Of a DNA stretch of 64,000 bases, positions 1 to 11,700 are shown one piece after another. Position 1 is the stretch's first letter, and each line of letters begins with the position of its first letter. Made by a program: the position numbers and the translations under genes. The stretch covers positions 20,956,001 to 21,020,000 of the forward strand of contig JBHGNT010000001.1 of NCBI GenBank assembly GCA_043228905.1, read 5' to 3'. The DNA is from Azolla caroliniana. Its lineage: Eukaryota > Plantae > Polypodiophyta. The notes under the pieces are model-generated. The model made no database searches, was not told the origin of the DNA, and saw only the letters and a program-made list of their open reading frames with translations.

Positions 1-107
1 TACGTGTCAATACTTCTGTTAGTCCGTATGGACTTGTATAAAAGTGCTCACTCAGCACATCCTATGTACAGATTGAGTATTATTTTGAATCAAGTTTTTT
101 TTTTTGT

Positions 108-159
<52 letters not shown>

Positions 160-245
160 ACGTACTATGCATATACAAGCTCTCCATTAAACCTGCGTAT
201 TTTCCGTGTTCAGTTCTCTATTGCTTCCGCATGCTATTCTTTACA
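1..245 (+). mobile_element. 3' part of a Copia-A-like LTR, cut by the window edge
   Basis: Shares cttgtataaaagt.ctcac..agcacatcctatgtacagattgagtattat and ccattaaacctgcgt with LTR 11061-11474; ends attctttaca; contains a (CT)n tract at ~109-158. Confidence 0.75.
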
Positions 246-555
246 GTTGTTGCCTGGAGACCAATCTGCAGCGGGTGGTTACGGCAAGCGGGTGAATAGC
301 GTCTGGTGACCTATTCGGATGTTGTTTAACCGAATGAAGCACGATTGGGTCGGTTGTTGCTCAAGGAGCTCCCCTCAAGCTGTTACAATCATAGGAATAG
401 AGTACAGCCGACTGGCATACTCCAATTTGTGATTTAACACAGTGAGATGCGAGCTTTTTGTTTTTCTTCTCCCTTCTTTGTTCTTCAAAGAAAAAGAAAA
501 CGGAATGTTGTGTGGTGTACTATGACGGTCGGAAACGGGTTGAAGAACCTCCAAC

Positions 556-874
556 GCTCTGATACCAAATGTTGGGGACAAGGCCGTCAATGCGGAAGTG
601 CAAGCAACATTCGTGATGAAGAAGAACTTGTGTATGCACATAAGCAAGATAGACACACACAGAGCGAGAGAGAGATATAGGCACAAACAAACGTTATATT
701 CCAATAGCAACAGTTACAAAGAATGACAACCAACCTTTACTAAAGGTTACAAAGTCACTATATATAGTGACTATCCTAGCGCAACTGTCCTTTATGCTAT
801 TTACAAAAATAGCCCAAACTTGGGCTGTCCAAAAGGACAGTGTGAATACGGCCATTATACACTCGTATTCGACA
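556..874 (-). mobile_element. Copia-type LTR remnant with tRNA-iMet PBS
   Basis: gctctgatacca (556-567) is the reverse complement of the PBS TGGTATCAGAGC, 2 nt from the LTR edge at 570; the far end (~874, cgaca) is tentative. Confidence 0.55.
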
Positions 875-2120
875 CTATCCACTTGGCCATTCAATTTTAT
901 ATTAGTTTTAGATTTTATGTCTTATCTCTCTCCTCTCTCTTTGTTGCCCTTTTTCCATGTGTCGCATACTCCCTCTCTTACTTTTTCTTCCTTGGCGCTT
1001 ACCTCCCTCCTCTCTTTACCTTTTTGCTCGATGTCTACACTTTATCCTTTTACCCTTGTTCATCTGCATTTCTCACACTCGGCATGCCACATCACGACAA
1101 CGAATAGGAGAGTGTAGTGTTTCACACATATAGTTAACATAATTGTATGTTTTCCTAAATAAAAAGAAGAAGAAGAAAAACTAATCAATTATACATATTA
1201 CACATTCAATATGGCAAACAAGCTCTTTACAAATAACATCACAATGAGTTATCTTCAAACATAGCATAGAACCAAATGAAACAATTTAAACCAACATAGT
1301 TACAAGCCCAAATGTTCATGTCACGTTAGGAGGTTCCCTATGAATTGTAAGGGTTTGTAAGATTGTATATGATTTCCCCTCTAGAGAAGTCCTAAGAAAT
1401 GGGATAGGAAGTAGGATGGGGAAGGATTGGGTCCGGAGAAGGGTAATATCCTAATTCCCCGCTCAACGGTGGTGGAGCCAAGGCTAGAGGCGTAGACAAT
1501 AGAAAGGCCAGAAGCAGTGGACACGGTTCAACAGGAACTAGGGCAAGAACATACTACACAATCGGGTCTTTAGACATAGCAGCAGGAGGACGCATGAAGG
1601 TCGATGTCAGATTGGGAGATGGAAGAGACGGCTACACAGAGCTTTGGGGAGGAGCAAGGTGTCAAGAACTACACGCTCCGATGAACAACGCTCGGCCACA
1701 ACCGAGCTTAGAATCAAACACAGAAAACGGGAATGTATGCACGACAAAATGGAGAGAAGGGTACATAGGATGTTTACGTGGAAAACCCAAACATGGGAAA
1801 AACCACGGCAGTCCACTAACTGCTAACTATCACTTTATAACAATATACAAAGAGATGAACATAGAGGCAACGACCTCTTGTTCACTGTCTTTGCCACAGG
1901 CGGCGGTTACAACAGAGGCAATGACCTCTTCGTCTCTTTCTTTTCTCTCTCTCTCTGTACACTGTTGCGCTCTAATCTTTCGTCAACAAGAATAACAACT
2001 CTCTCTATACTAAGTTTCCCCTAAGTCATATTTATACTAATATGACTTTTTGGCTATTTAGAAATATAGCCCCGATGGCCTCTCAGGGAACATATTTACG
2101 AATATGTCCCTTCTTCCGGT

Positions 2121-2395
2121 GAGCACTTCTCACCAGGCCTTCACCATCCAGCTCTTGCCAGGTACTTCTCATCCGGTTCTCACCGGGTCTTCCATAGCCG
2201 GGTACTCCTCATTCGGTTCTCACCGGGTCTTCCGAAGCTGGGTACTCCTCATCCGGTTCTCACTGGGTCTTCCGTAGCCGGGTACTCCTCATCCGGTTCT
2301 CGCCGAGTCTTCCGTAGCCGGGTACTCCTCATCCGGTTTTCACCGGGTCGTCCAAAGCCGGGTACTCCTCATCCAATTCTCACTAGGTCTTCCGA
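2121..2395. repeat. 40-bp tandem repeat (~6 copies plus a degenerate one) in Copia B LTR U3
   Basis: Unit ggtactcctcatccggttctcaccgggtcttccgtagccg at 2161, 2201, 2241, 2281, 2321, 2361. Confidence 0.95.
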
Positions 2396-2462
2396 GTTTC
2401 TCATCAGCACTGTTCTTCTCACTTCCCATCCAGAGGGACTTGTTTCCTAACAAACTCCCCCT

Positions 2463-5400
2463 TCACTCCGGCATGGGATGTCTTACTAGTCCAATCCGCT
2501 TCCGGCATGAGTCTAGCTTGTCGGGTATCAATACTTTGGTCAGCATATCTGACCCGTTCTCGGCCGTGTGGATCTTCGTCAGCGCAAACTCCTAGTCATC
2601 TACTCTTTCCTAGATCCAGTGATACCTTCGCTGGATATGCTTCGTCCGGGAATGGTAGGCCGCATTCTTAGCAAGGTGGATGGCACTTTGAATGTCGCAA
2701 TAGAGCCGGTATTCATCTTGCCGGATACCGAGCTCTCCGATGAAGTACTTCATCCATAATATTTCCTTGCCGGCTTCCACAGCCGCCATGTACTCCGCCT
2801 CTGTGGTTGACAACACAACCGTCTTTTGCAGCCTCGACTGCCACGAAACAGCTTCCCCTGCATATGTCATTACATACCTGGATGTAGACCGGTTGGTATC
2901 CACATCAGACGACATGTCTGAATCGGTAAAACCGTCAAGTTGAGGTTTACCGAAGCCGAATCAGAGACACATGTTCGAAGTGCCCTTCAAGTACCGGAGT
3001 ATCCATTTGACCGCGTTCCAGTGCTCCTTGCCGAGATTGCTCATAAACCGGCTCACCACTCCGACTGCGTATCCTATGTCCGGTTGGGTACACACCATTG
3101 CGTACATCAAGCTCCCGATGGCAGAGGCATATGGAACCTTCATCATATCAGCCTTCTCTATTTTCATCTGCGGGCTTTGCTTACCCGATAATCTGCAGTT
3201 TGCCGGGAGCGTCGATCCGACCGGTTTCGCTTCTAACATGTTGAACCGCTGAAGCACCTTTGTCACGTATTTCTCCTGTGATAGCCACAGTTGCTTCGTT
3301 GGCCGGTTCCGGATGATATGCATCCCCAGCATTTGTCTTGCCGGACCCAAGTCTTTCATTGCGAAAGTTCGGTTGAGAGCCTTCTTTAGCATCCGTATTC
3401 TGGCTTGGTCCCATCCGACGATCAACATGTCGTCCACGTATAGAAGGAGTATCAGGAAGTCGCCTCCTTCAAACTTCTTCACAAACACGCAGTGATCGGC
3501 CTGCGTCTTTTTGTACTCTTGATCGGTCATGAATGAGTCGAACTTCCGGTACCATTGTCGGGGAGCCTGTTTCAGTCCGTACAGGCTCTTCTTCAACCGG
3601 CAAACCAGGTGCTCCTTCCCTTTCTCCACGAATCCTTCTGGTTGCTGCATGTAGATCTCTTCTTCGAGGTCACCATGAAGGAATGTCGTCTTCACGTCTA
3701 GCTGCTCTACCTCGAGGTCCATGCTTGCCGCTATACTCAGCACCATCCGGATGGAGGTCATCTTTACTACCGGGGCAAATATCTCGTCGAAGTCCACGCC
3801 CTTCTTCTGCTGGAACCCCTTCACCACGATCCTGGCTTTGTATCTCGGGGGGTTGCCTGCATCTCCCGGTTTCAACTTGTACACCCACTTGTTTCGGAGT
3901 GCCCGCTTTCCTTTCGGCAACTCCACCAATTCATACGTATGGTTCTCATGCAGGGAATCCATCTCATCCTGCATGGCACTTAACCATTTGCAGCTGTGGG
4001 CATCACTTTTAGCTTCCTCGAAGCTTTCTGGCTCCCCCTCGTCGGTTAGCAGCACATGCTTTGCATCCGGAAATCTCCGGGGGGCCCTTCTCTCTCTGAG
4101 AGGGTATCTACGTCTTTGGGCTTCGGTAATCGGCTCCTCCATTTGCTCTTCATCCAAATCCGATTCGGGATCTTGGCCGGTTCCGGTTTCAGCTTCCTCT
4201 ACTTCCTCTTCTGCCGGTTCAGTATCCTCACTGTAACCGGTTGGTTCCTCAAGTGCTAACCGGTCTCTTGCCAGTTGGTTTTGCTCATCGTAGAATCGAT
4301 CCTTACCGATCGACTCGGAGTTCGTTATCTTCTTCTCCGACTCCCAGTCGGCGAGTGTCTTGTCCTCCATGAAGATAATATCTCGACTCTGGATTACCTT
4401 CTTGTCGACCAGGTCCCACACTCGGTAGCCGAACTCATCGTTGCCGTAGCCGAGGAATATGCATGGCCGGGTCTTCGGATCTAGTTTTCCTCTCCGGTCC
4501 TTAGCTATATGCACATACGGAAGACACCCGAATACCTTCAGATGCCGGTAGGACACTTCCTTACCGGTCCAGACTCTCTGTGGCGTGTCTCCGTCCAACG
4601 GTACTGAGGGTGATCTGTTTATCACATATGTCGTCGTCGACAGTCCCTCAACCCAAAACTTCTTGGGTAGTTTTACATGTGCCAGCATACTCCGGACCCT
4701 CTCCATTATGGTCCGGTTCATCCTCTCGGCTAGCCCGTTTAGTTTCGGCGTCTTCGGCACGGTAAATTCGAGCCGGATTCCCTTCGAGCGACAATACTCC
4801 TCTAACTACCCCCGGTATTCTCCGTCGTTATCTGCTCGAACCGCCTTCAGCTTCAGGCCGGTTTCTCTTTCCACTCTCGCGTGGAGCTCTTTGAAGACGG
4901 ATAGCACCTGATCCTTTGTCTTCAACGGTGTGGCCCGCAGCTTCCATTTGTGGTCATCTATGAACGTCACAAAGTACTGCGATCCTACATGTGACTTCGT
5001 GTCCACTTGACACACATCAGTATGCACCGACTCCAGTGGTGCATTACGTCTCATTGGTGGCCTTGGTCGGAAGGAGGTCCGGTTTTGCTTACCGGCCAGA
5101 CAATCAGTGCACTTCTCCAAGTGCACGTTCTTCACTGGAATGAGGTTGTCGTCTTCAAGCCTCTTCATCCCCTTCTTGCTCATGTGACACAACCTTTTGT
5201 GCCACAGCTCACCGGCAGTGTCGGATGCCACGTTCACTTCCTCCGGACATACCCGGGCATTCATCAGGTACAACGTGTTTACCTTCCGGGCCCGAGCCAC
5301 AATCAAGCTCCCTTTGCTGAACTTCATAACACCGTTCTGGATGCTACCCGTGTAGCCTTCATCATCTAGCCGACCGGCTGATATCAGGTTCAGACGAACC

Positions 5401-6436
5401 TCCGGAACGTGTCGGACATCCTTCAGCAGCAGCTTGCATCCGGTTGGTGTTGTCAGCCACACATCTCCTATGCCGACAATTCGACATGTACCTTCATTCC
5501 CCATCCGGACACAACCGTGATCACCAACTGAGTAGGATGAGAAGCATTTCCGGTCCGGGGTAAGCTGGAACGACGCTCCGAAGTCGACCACCTAAGTCAT
5601 CTGGTCGCCGGCAAGGTTTATCTCACTCTCCTCGGTGATGAGCATCAACTCTTCTTCACTTGCCATGATTGCCGTCGTTCCCTTCCGGTCCGTTCCCCTC
5701 CAGTCTTTACCGTTCCGGTCTAGCGTCCGCTTCGAATCGGTACCATCGGTTTCCTTGTCTTTTCGGAAATGCCGACAGTTCTTCTGGAAGTGTCCGGCTT
5801 GCCTCAATAGAAGCAAGTAGGCCTCCCCCTTGACTTTGACCGTGTCCCCGACTTTTCCCGGTTCGGGGGACTACGGTTCCTTTGTCTTCCGCGTTCCTAT
5901 TCGGTAAGGAGCGCTTTGGAGTCAGAGCTCGTATCCTTATCTTTCCGACGTGCCTCCTCATCTATCAAGCTCGACTTCACTCTTGCTAGCGATAACCGTT
6001 TCCCTTCCGGCCCAGTGTTGCCCAAGGTGACAACCAACGTCTCCCAGCTATCTAGGAGAGAGCCGAGTAGGAGTAGTGCTAGTACCTCATTGGCAAGAGG
6101 TACTTCCAATGATGTTGCCTGGTGGATCAGCCCCTGGAAGGCATTCATGTGCTCCGCCATGCTGGAGCCATCTTGGTACCGGAGTCTTACTAGCTTCCGA
6201 AATACCGAAACCTAATTGACAACATTTTTGTTCTGAAACATAATGTTGATCTTCTCCCAGAGCTCATGAGCCTTGCTCTCTTGATCAAAGTTGTTGTATA
6301 GAATCATGTCGATGAAGCACCATTTGTAAGCCGTTGTCTTCATGTGCATCACCTCCCATATCGCGGTGTCGATTTTGTCCGGTCTCTTGTCCCCGAACTG
6401 AACCGACAGCCAAAGATCTTTAACCACAAGCATGTC
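2463..6436 (-). pseudogene. Copia gag-pol polyprotein, disrupted by stops and frameshifts
   Basis: ORFs 6212-6442, 5897-6160, 4806-5591 (LWHKRLCH, HTDVC), 2961-4760 (QLDVKT, YVDD), 2610-2915 (SWQSRLQ, TKHI). Confidence 0.92.
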
Positions 6437-6568
6437 CCTCATCCAGTTCTCACCGGGTCTTCCGTAGCCGGGTACTCCTCATCCGGTTCTCACCAAGTCT
6501 TCCGAAGTCGGGTTTCTCATTAGCACTGTTCTTCTCACTTCCCATCCGGAGGGACCTGTTTCCTAACA

Positions 6569-6849
6569 ATTTATACAAGTCCTCTTGGGACTGACAGAAG
6601 TACAACGTACTTCAATGCTCACACGAGCGTCTGACCCTAACTACGTGACAATAACTACCTAGTAATCTAAGCTATTACTAGGCTTCCAGTTACTGCTGGA
6701 TCCGGCTAACCGGCTCCCTAGCTCACCGGGTGCTCACTGGCTCACCGATCCGTCTCGCTCACCGGCTCAGGCTTATTCAGTTGATCCGGCTGCAATTGAG
6801 CTTGCCGCTCAAAACTCCCCCTCAAGCGTAACTTGAGGTCCGGTCGTAG
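6569..6849 (-). mobile_element. Partial 3' LTR plus PPT of a Copia-A-like element
   Basis: ttatacaagtcc...gtacttcaatgctca matches LTR 53067-53430; PPT complement ctccccctcaag at 6815-6826. Confidence 0.7.
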
Positions 6850-8010
6850 TGTCAACGTTTGTGGCAACCGGTCCTCCTACCCGGTGTTGTCCATGGGCCA
6901 AAAATATAAATTAGTCAAATGTAATAAGGCGAGTAGGTAAAGCGAGTAGGTAAGGTAGAGTTAGGTAAACGCCGAGTTTCGAGCCTCACAGTCAGCCGAC
7001 TGCTTGGCTCTGGATGAAGAAGAAAAAGTATATAAACCGAGGTCTACGTACCTCGGCAAGAGGGAGATCCAGAGCCTAGGCGAGATCGTTTCATAGTTAT
7101 AAGAGCTTTGTAAGGCTACCGGTAGTGGGCCGTGTTTTTTTGTAATCATTGCTAACTATTGCTGCAATACATATCTATTAGCTCTTGTTGATTTCATCTG
7201 TGTGCCGTCGTTTTTAAGGTCTCAACTAAGTATACAACCCGGGCTCTATTCCGGGTATACTCTCCATGTTCTTCCCCTAACGACACCTCCGTGCACAAGT
7301 CTTCACGATTACACTTCCCTTGATACCGATAGCTTGTAGGCATATCGAAGGTGTTTCTAGCAGAACGGTTAACACAATTTGGCACACTTGGTTACAACTG
7401 TGAGATCACAGCGAACTACGTTGAAGACAACCTTCAACCACCATTACGGCGCCCAATCGCACCAAGCGGTCTCGGCCATCTGGCCGACACACTGAGCCAG
7501 TCGAAGGCACTTCTGACTTGGCGGTCACGGACCAGTCTTTCCCAGAAGTATCGGAGGCTTACCGGTTGCAATCCTCGCCACCTACTACTCGGTCGCGAGT
7601 TGAGTCCACACCAACCTCTCCACCAAGCCCTCCAGAGGTCACCCACCCTGACCCTAACCCTTTTCCGGTTTTACTAGAAGACTCCGAATTCGATACCATG
7701 CCGTATCCTTACCCACGATACACCGACAACCCCGACGCAGAGTCGCACGTTCGTGCCTTCGTGTCCACCTGGCAGGCCAACCACTCAACACAACGACTCT
7801 CGCCTGCTGAAATCGAGGCCTCAAAAATTGCCGAGTTTACACTATCCCTCAATGGACCAGTTGCGCGTTGGTATTCTGGCCTCGACACAGGGAAGTTTGT
7901 CACCTTCCATGACGTTCGCACGCAGTTCCTAGAACTGTTCCATCACGAGGTGCCCAAACGAGAATTGCTCCGACAATTCTTTTCCATGCGACAAGAACTG
8001 CACGAGACGG

Positions 8011-8770
8011 TGTCACGTTGTTAAGTGCATACGTGTAAAAAGGGGCGGGACCACGGGGGTCTTGGACCGAGGAGCGAGAGAGAGAGAGAGACAAAGAGAG
8101 AGATTCACCGACACATAGAAGCGAGAAAGAGAGATATAGAACGTAACACTTAATTATAATGACAGAGATTACAAACTCCGACAGTTACAACCGACAAAGT
8201 GGCAACGGACCCGACACGGGGACCCTACTCCCGCACAGCAATGACAGTCACACGACTCAAAGAAACAAAAGGGGGAAAGGGAGCGACTCTGCTGGAAGCA
8301 CACGGGCTGTCCACGAAGCAGAGGCAGCGATCTTTCGACACCCGCAGAGAGCAACGATCCGCCTCCAAGAGAGAGAGCTCCCACTTCCCTTCTGCAGCAA
8401 CACTCCCCCTCCTCCTCACGCGCACTGCCCGTTTTCCCTTGTCCTCTTCCCTTTATTCCCTATCCCTCTGACCGGGATACGCACAATCCCCCTTTAATAA
8501 ATGTGTGCGGCTTAGTATTTACATCCACCGGTTCGTGTACAAAATGTCAAGTCACGCGTCCATCCGTGTAAGGGCCGGTTTACGCGCTTTCTCTCCGATT
8601 CCCCCCATGGCCGGTTTTCTTCACGACAACGGTCGCACAATTCACGATTCGGTTCCAGGATCTCTACAAACAAGTGGCCGAGGATGTCTCTGCATAGCAC
8701 ATTCCGGGCGCATTCCTGTCCAGCCTACGGGAGCCTCTATGGATGACTCTTGCACTTACTAATTTTGACA
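8011..8770. mobile_element. LTR-like insertion in G1 gag
   Basis: Starts tgtcacg and ends ttgaca; GA-rich and non-coding; gag is broken here and resumes after ~8770. No matching TSD. Confidence 0.5.
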
Positions 8771-11700
8771 ACCAAACGATCGAGCATGTCATAGCACGCG
8801 TCCTCGCCCTCGATCGGACTCAGCAAAGCACGGCTTTCTCTATGAGTTCACTGCAAAGCGCCCTTCCCCAGGAGGACAATCGCTTCCGCCAAGCCCTCTA
8901 ATGCAAAGTTTGCTCGGGATTGGGCCATCTGGCCCTTGAATGTCCTCACCGACCACAGTGTCTGATTTGCCAGTCCCAATCCTACATTGTCGAGCACTGT
9001 GAATACAATATGCTCAATCGCACAACGACGGACCCGGTTCGCCAGATCGAGCCTAGGGATACATACTCTCGTCATGACGAGCGACAATCCTACCGGAACC
9101 AGGATAACCAACGACCTCGATCGCCAGATAGACGGCGCCGTAACGATGATTATCGATGGGACGACGACCGTTACTGAAACGACAACCGACGAAGATCGGA
9201 CGACCGCCGTGATCGCTATCACGATGACCAGTATCGGGCAAACGACGATTATGATCGGAATGAAGAGGATCGGGATGACCGATATGATATGAGAAATTTC
9301 CGTAATGATCGGCGCAACTCTCACCAAGGATCGCACAATAGCCGAAGGAATAATGACTACCGTTGTCGGGACCCACCGCACAATGAACGACGCAACTCGA
9401 ACGCGCCCTGGACCAACCCACAAACCCACAAGGCCGGGAATCAACTGCACCCCCCCACACACATAGATTGGGCTGGCACCAGCAACTCGGCCGACGTTAC
9501 CTGCTTCAAGTGCAACCAACCCGGTCACTACGGTACGCAATGCCCAACAACAGACCGCGGAAAGGCTCTTGTCGTGAATAGTATTATGGACGACGTGCAA
9601 AACGTCACAACATGCAGCAAAGCCCAGGCTACCCCATGGCAAGTCCAGGATGAAGTCCGACAAGCAGCCAAAGAATGGATGGATACGGCCAACAAAAACA
9701 ATGTGGTGCAGATGCAAACAGAAATGGGAGACGCGACCATCAGAGAAACACAGTCCTCGGCACCATCCACGGCGACAGAAGATGACCAGCTATGGGACAC
9801 CCTTACCAGTTCCAGGATCTACTTGCCTCTGCATAAACTCTTACCACTCATGCCACATTTTTGGGACACCTTGGCTTCACTCATGGCCAACACCCATTCC
9901 ACCACACCACCTGTGCACTTGACCGACCTAGGGACGGGTCCACCCCTCATGGATGCGCAGAATCCAGCCATAAAAATTATGATTAAAGGAAGGGACCTGC
10001 ACGGGTGCATAATCGATGGCGGCTCTGGCGTGAATGTCATCAACGAGGCTACTTGTCATAAACTCAGCCTGAATCAATGGGAACTTTGCCCCTTTTGGCT
10101 TCGGATGGCCGACACACGATCGGTTCGCCCCATCAAATTAATCCGCCACCTCGACTTTACTCTAGGAGGTCACATGTTCACTATCTCGGCCGTTGTCTTA
10201 CGACTCGAAGCACAGGGGGCTTATCCAATGTTACTGGGCAGACCATGGTTGTGAACAACAAATATCCAACAACATTGGCAGCGCAACATGATCTCGTTTC
10301 GCCGAGGAAAGACCAAGGTCCGGGTCATCACCGAGGAACGCGTAACCACGCCCCACAACACCTCGCCGTTATACGCAGATGGGGTGCACATGCTCGACGG
10401 GTTAGCCGATGACGAGGTGGATGACTTCCTAGAAGACCATCCCACTATCATACCTCCCTTCGAAATCGACGCCATTACGGCCATCGGTACACCTCTAAAC
10501 GAGGAAGTCACGGTGCATACACCTCCACAGGATGAGCCCGATCCCACCACCATCGCAGAATTACGACACGCTCAGGACGCTTTTGAACGTGTACTCGCCA
10601 TCTCCAAACGAGTGAAGGCATCAACGCTCGAAACACTGAACCTTGGTTCGGACGAGAACCCTCTCACCCTACAAATTGCTAATAACTTACCTCTCGGCGA
10701 ACGAGCAACCCTCATACATTTACTCACCGATTACCAGGATGTATTCGCATGGTCTTACACGGATATGAAGGGTTTGGACCCACAATACTACCAACACTAG
10801 ATCCATCTTCTCCCGGACGCTCAGCTGGTTCAACAAAGACGATACCGGATGAACCCAAATTATGTGGCTAAGGTCAAGGAAGAAATAGACAAGCTCCTTC
10901 GAGTCAGGTTCATATGACCAGTAAAACATGCCACATGGTTGAGCCCAATCGTAGTCGTCCCCAAGAAAAACGGGAAAATCCGAGTTTGTGTTGACTACCG
11001 CAAGCTTAATGCTGCAATGGTCACGGATGGATTCCCTCTCCCGTTCACCGACAACATTCTTGTTGAGAGACAAGCTCAACATTTGTGCGTAATACGATGC
11101 ATAACCAGTGCGTAGACTGGGTGCATAAAACCGGTACGCAGACCGGTGCGTAGAAAGGCCGTATCGGTGCGTAGACCGAAAGGCCGTTAGAAAGATATTC
11201 CTCGTAAGGAATAGTTTTCGGTGTAAGTGTTGAGGCTCATTTATGAGCAGTCAAGTACTGTCAATACTTGTGTCAGCCCATTGTCAGGGCTTGTATAAAA
11301 GTACTCACTGAGCACATCCTATGTACAGATTGAGTATTATTTTTCGAATTTAAGTCCTTGTGTTACTCTCTCTCTGTCTCTCCCCTGCGTACTGTGAAGA
11401 CCTAAGCTTTCCATTAAACCTGCGTTTTCTATTGTTCGGTTTTCCTATATTGCTTCTACACGCCATTCTTTTCATGGTATCAGAGCGAGAGGGTTGAGAA
11501 CCTCTGCAGCTGACTTTGCTTGAAGGAAAAACCAACGAAGAAGAAAAAGGAAAACGATGGAAAAAGGAATGGCTAGCTTGCTTCCAACGGAGAAGCTCGA
11601 CCAAACCAACTACGCATCTTGGTCCTACAAGATGCACCAGTACCTGCTCAGACATGGTTACTGGAGCTATGTCGATGGAGCAAATGACACAGCACCCGAT

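Larger units (their letters stand above)
1605..6568 (-). mobile_element. Copia B: degenerate Ty1/Copia element with deleted 5' LTR/PBS
   Basis: 3' LTR ~1605-2452, PPT ~2455-2464, gag-PR-INT-RT-RH pieces 2463-6436, 5' LTR remnant ~6437-6568 with the same tgttaggaaaca start. No TSD found; left boundary uncertain. Confidence 0.85.

Noticed and set aside
1319-1604. Possible Gypsy LTR start (tgtcacg)
   Set aside because: No second copy, PBS, PPT or TSD to support it.
8006-8775. Clean solo LTR in G1 gag
   Set aside because: Flanks differ (gacgg versus accaa) and gag sequence seems to be missing, so boundaries are unproven.
8848-9717. 289-aa hydrophobic minus-strand ORF and similar antisense ORFs over pol genes
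   Set aside because: Shadow frames of GC-rich or repetitive retroelement coding sequence with no independent motifs.
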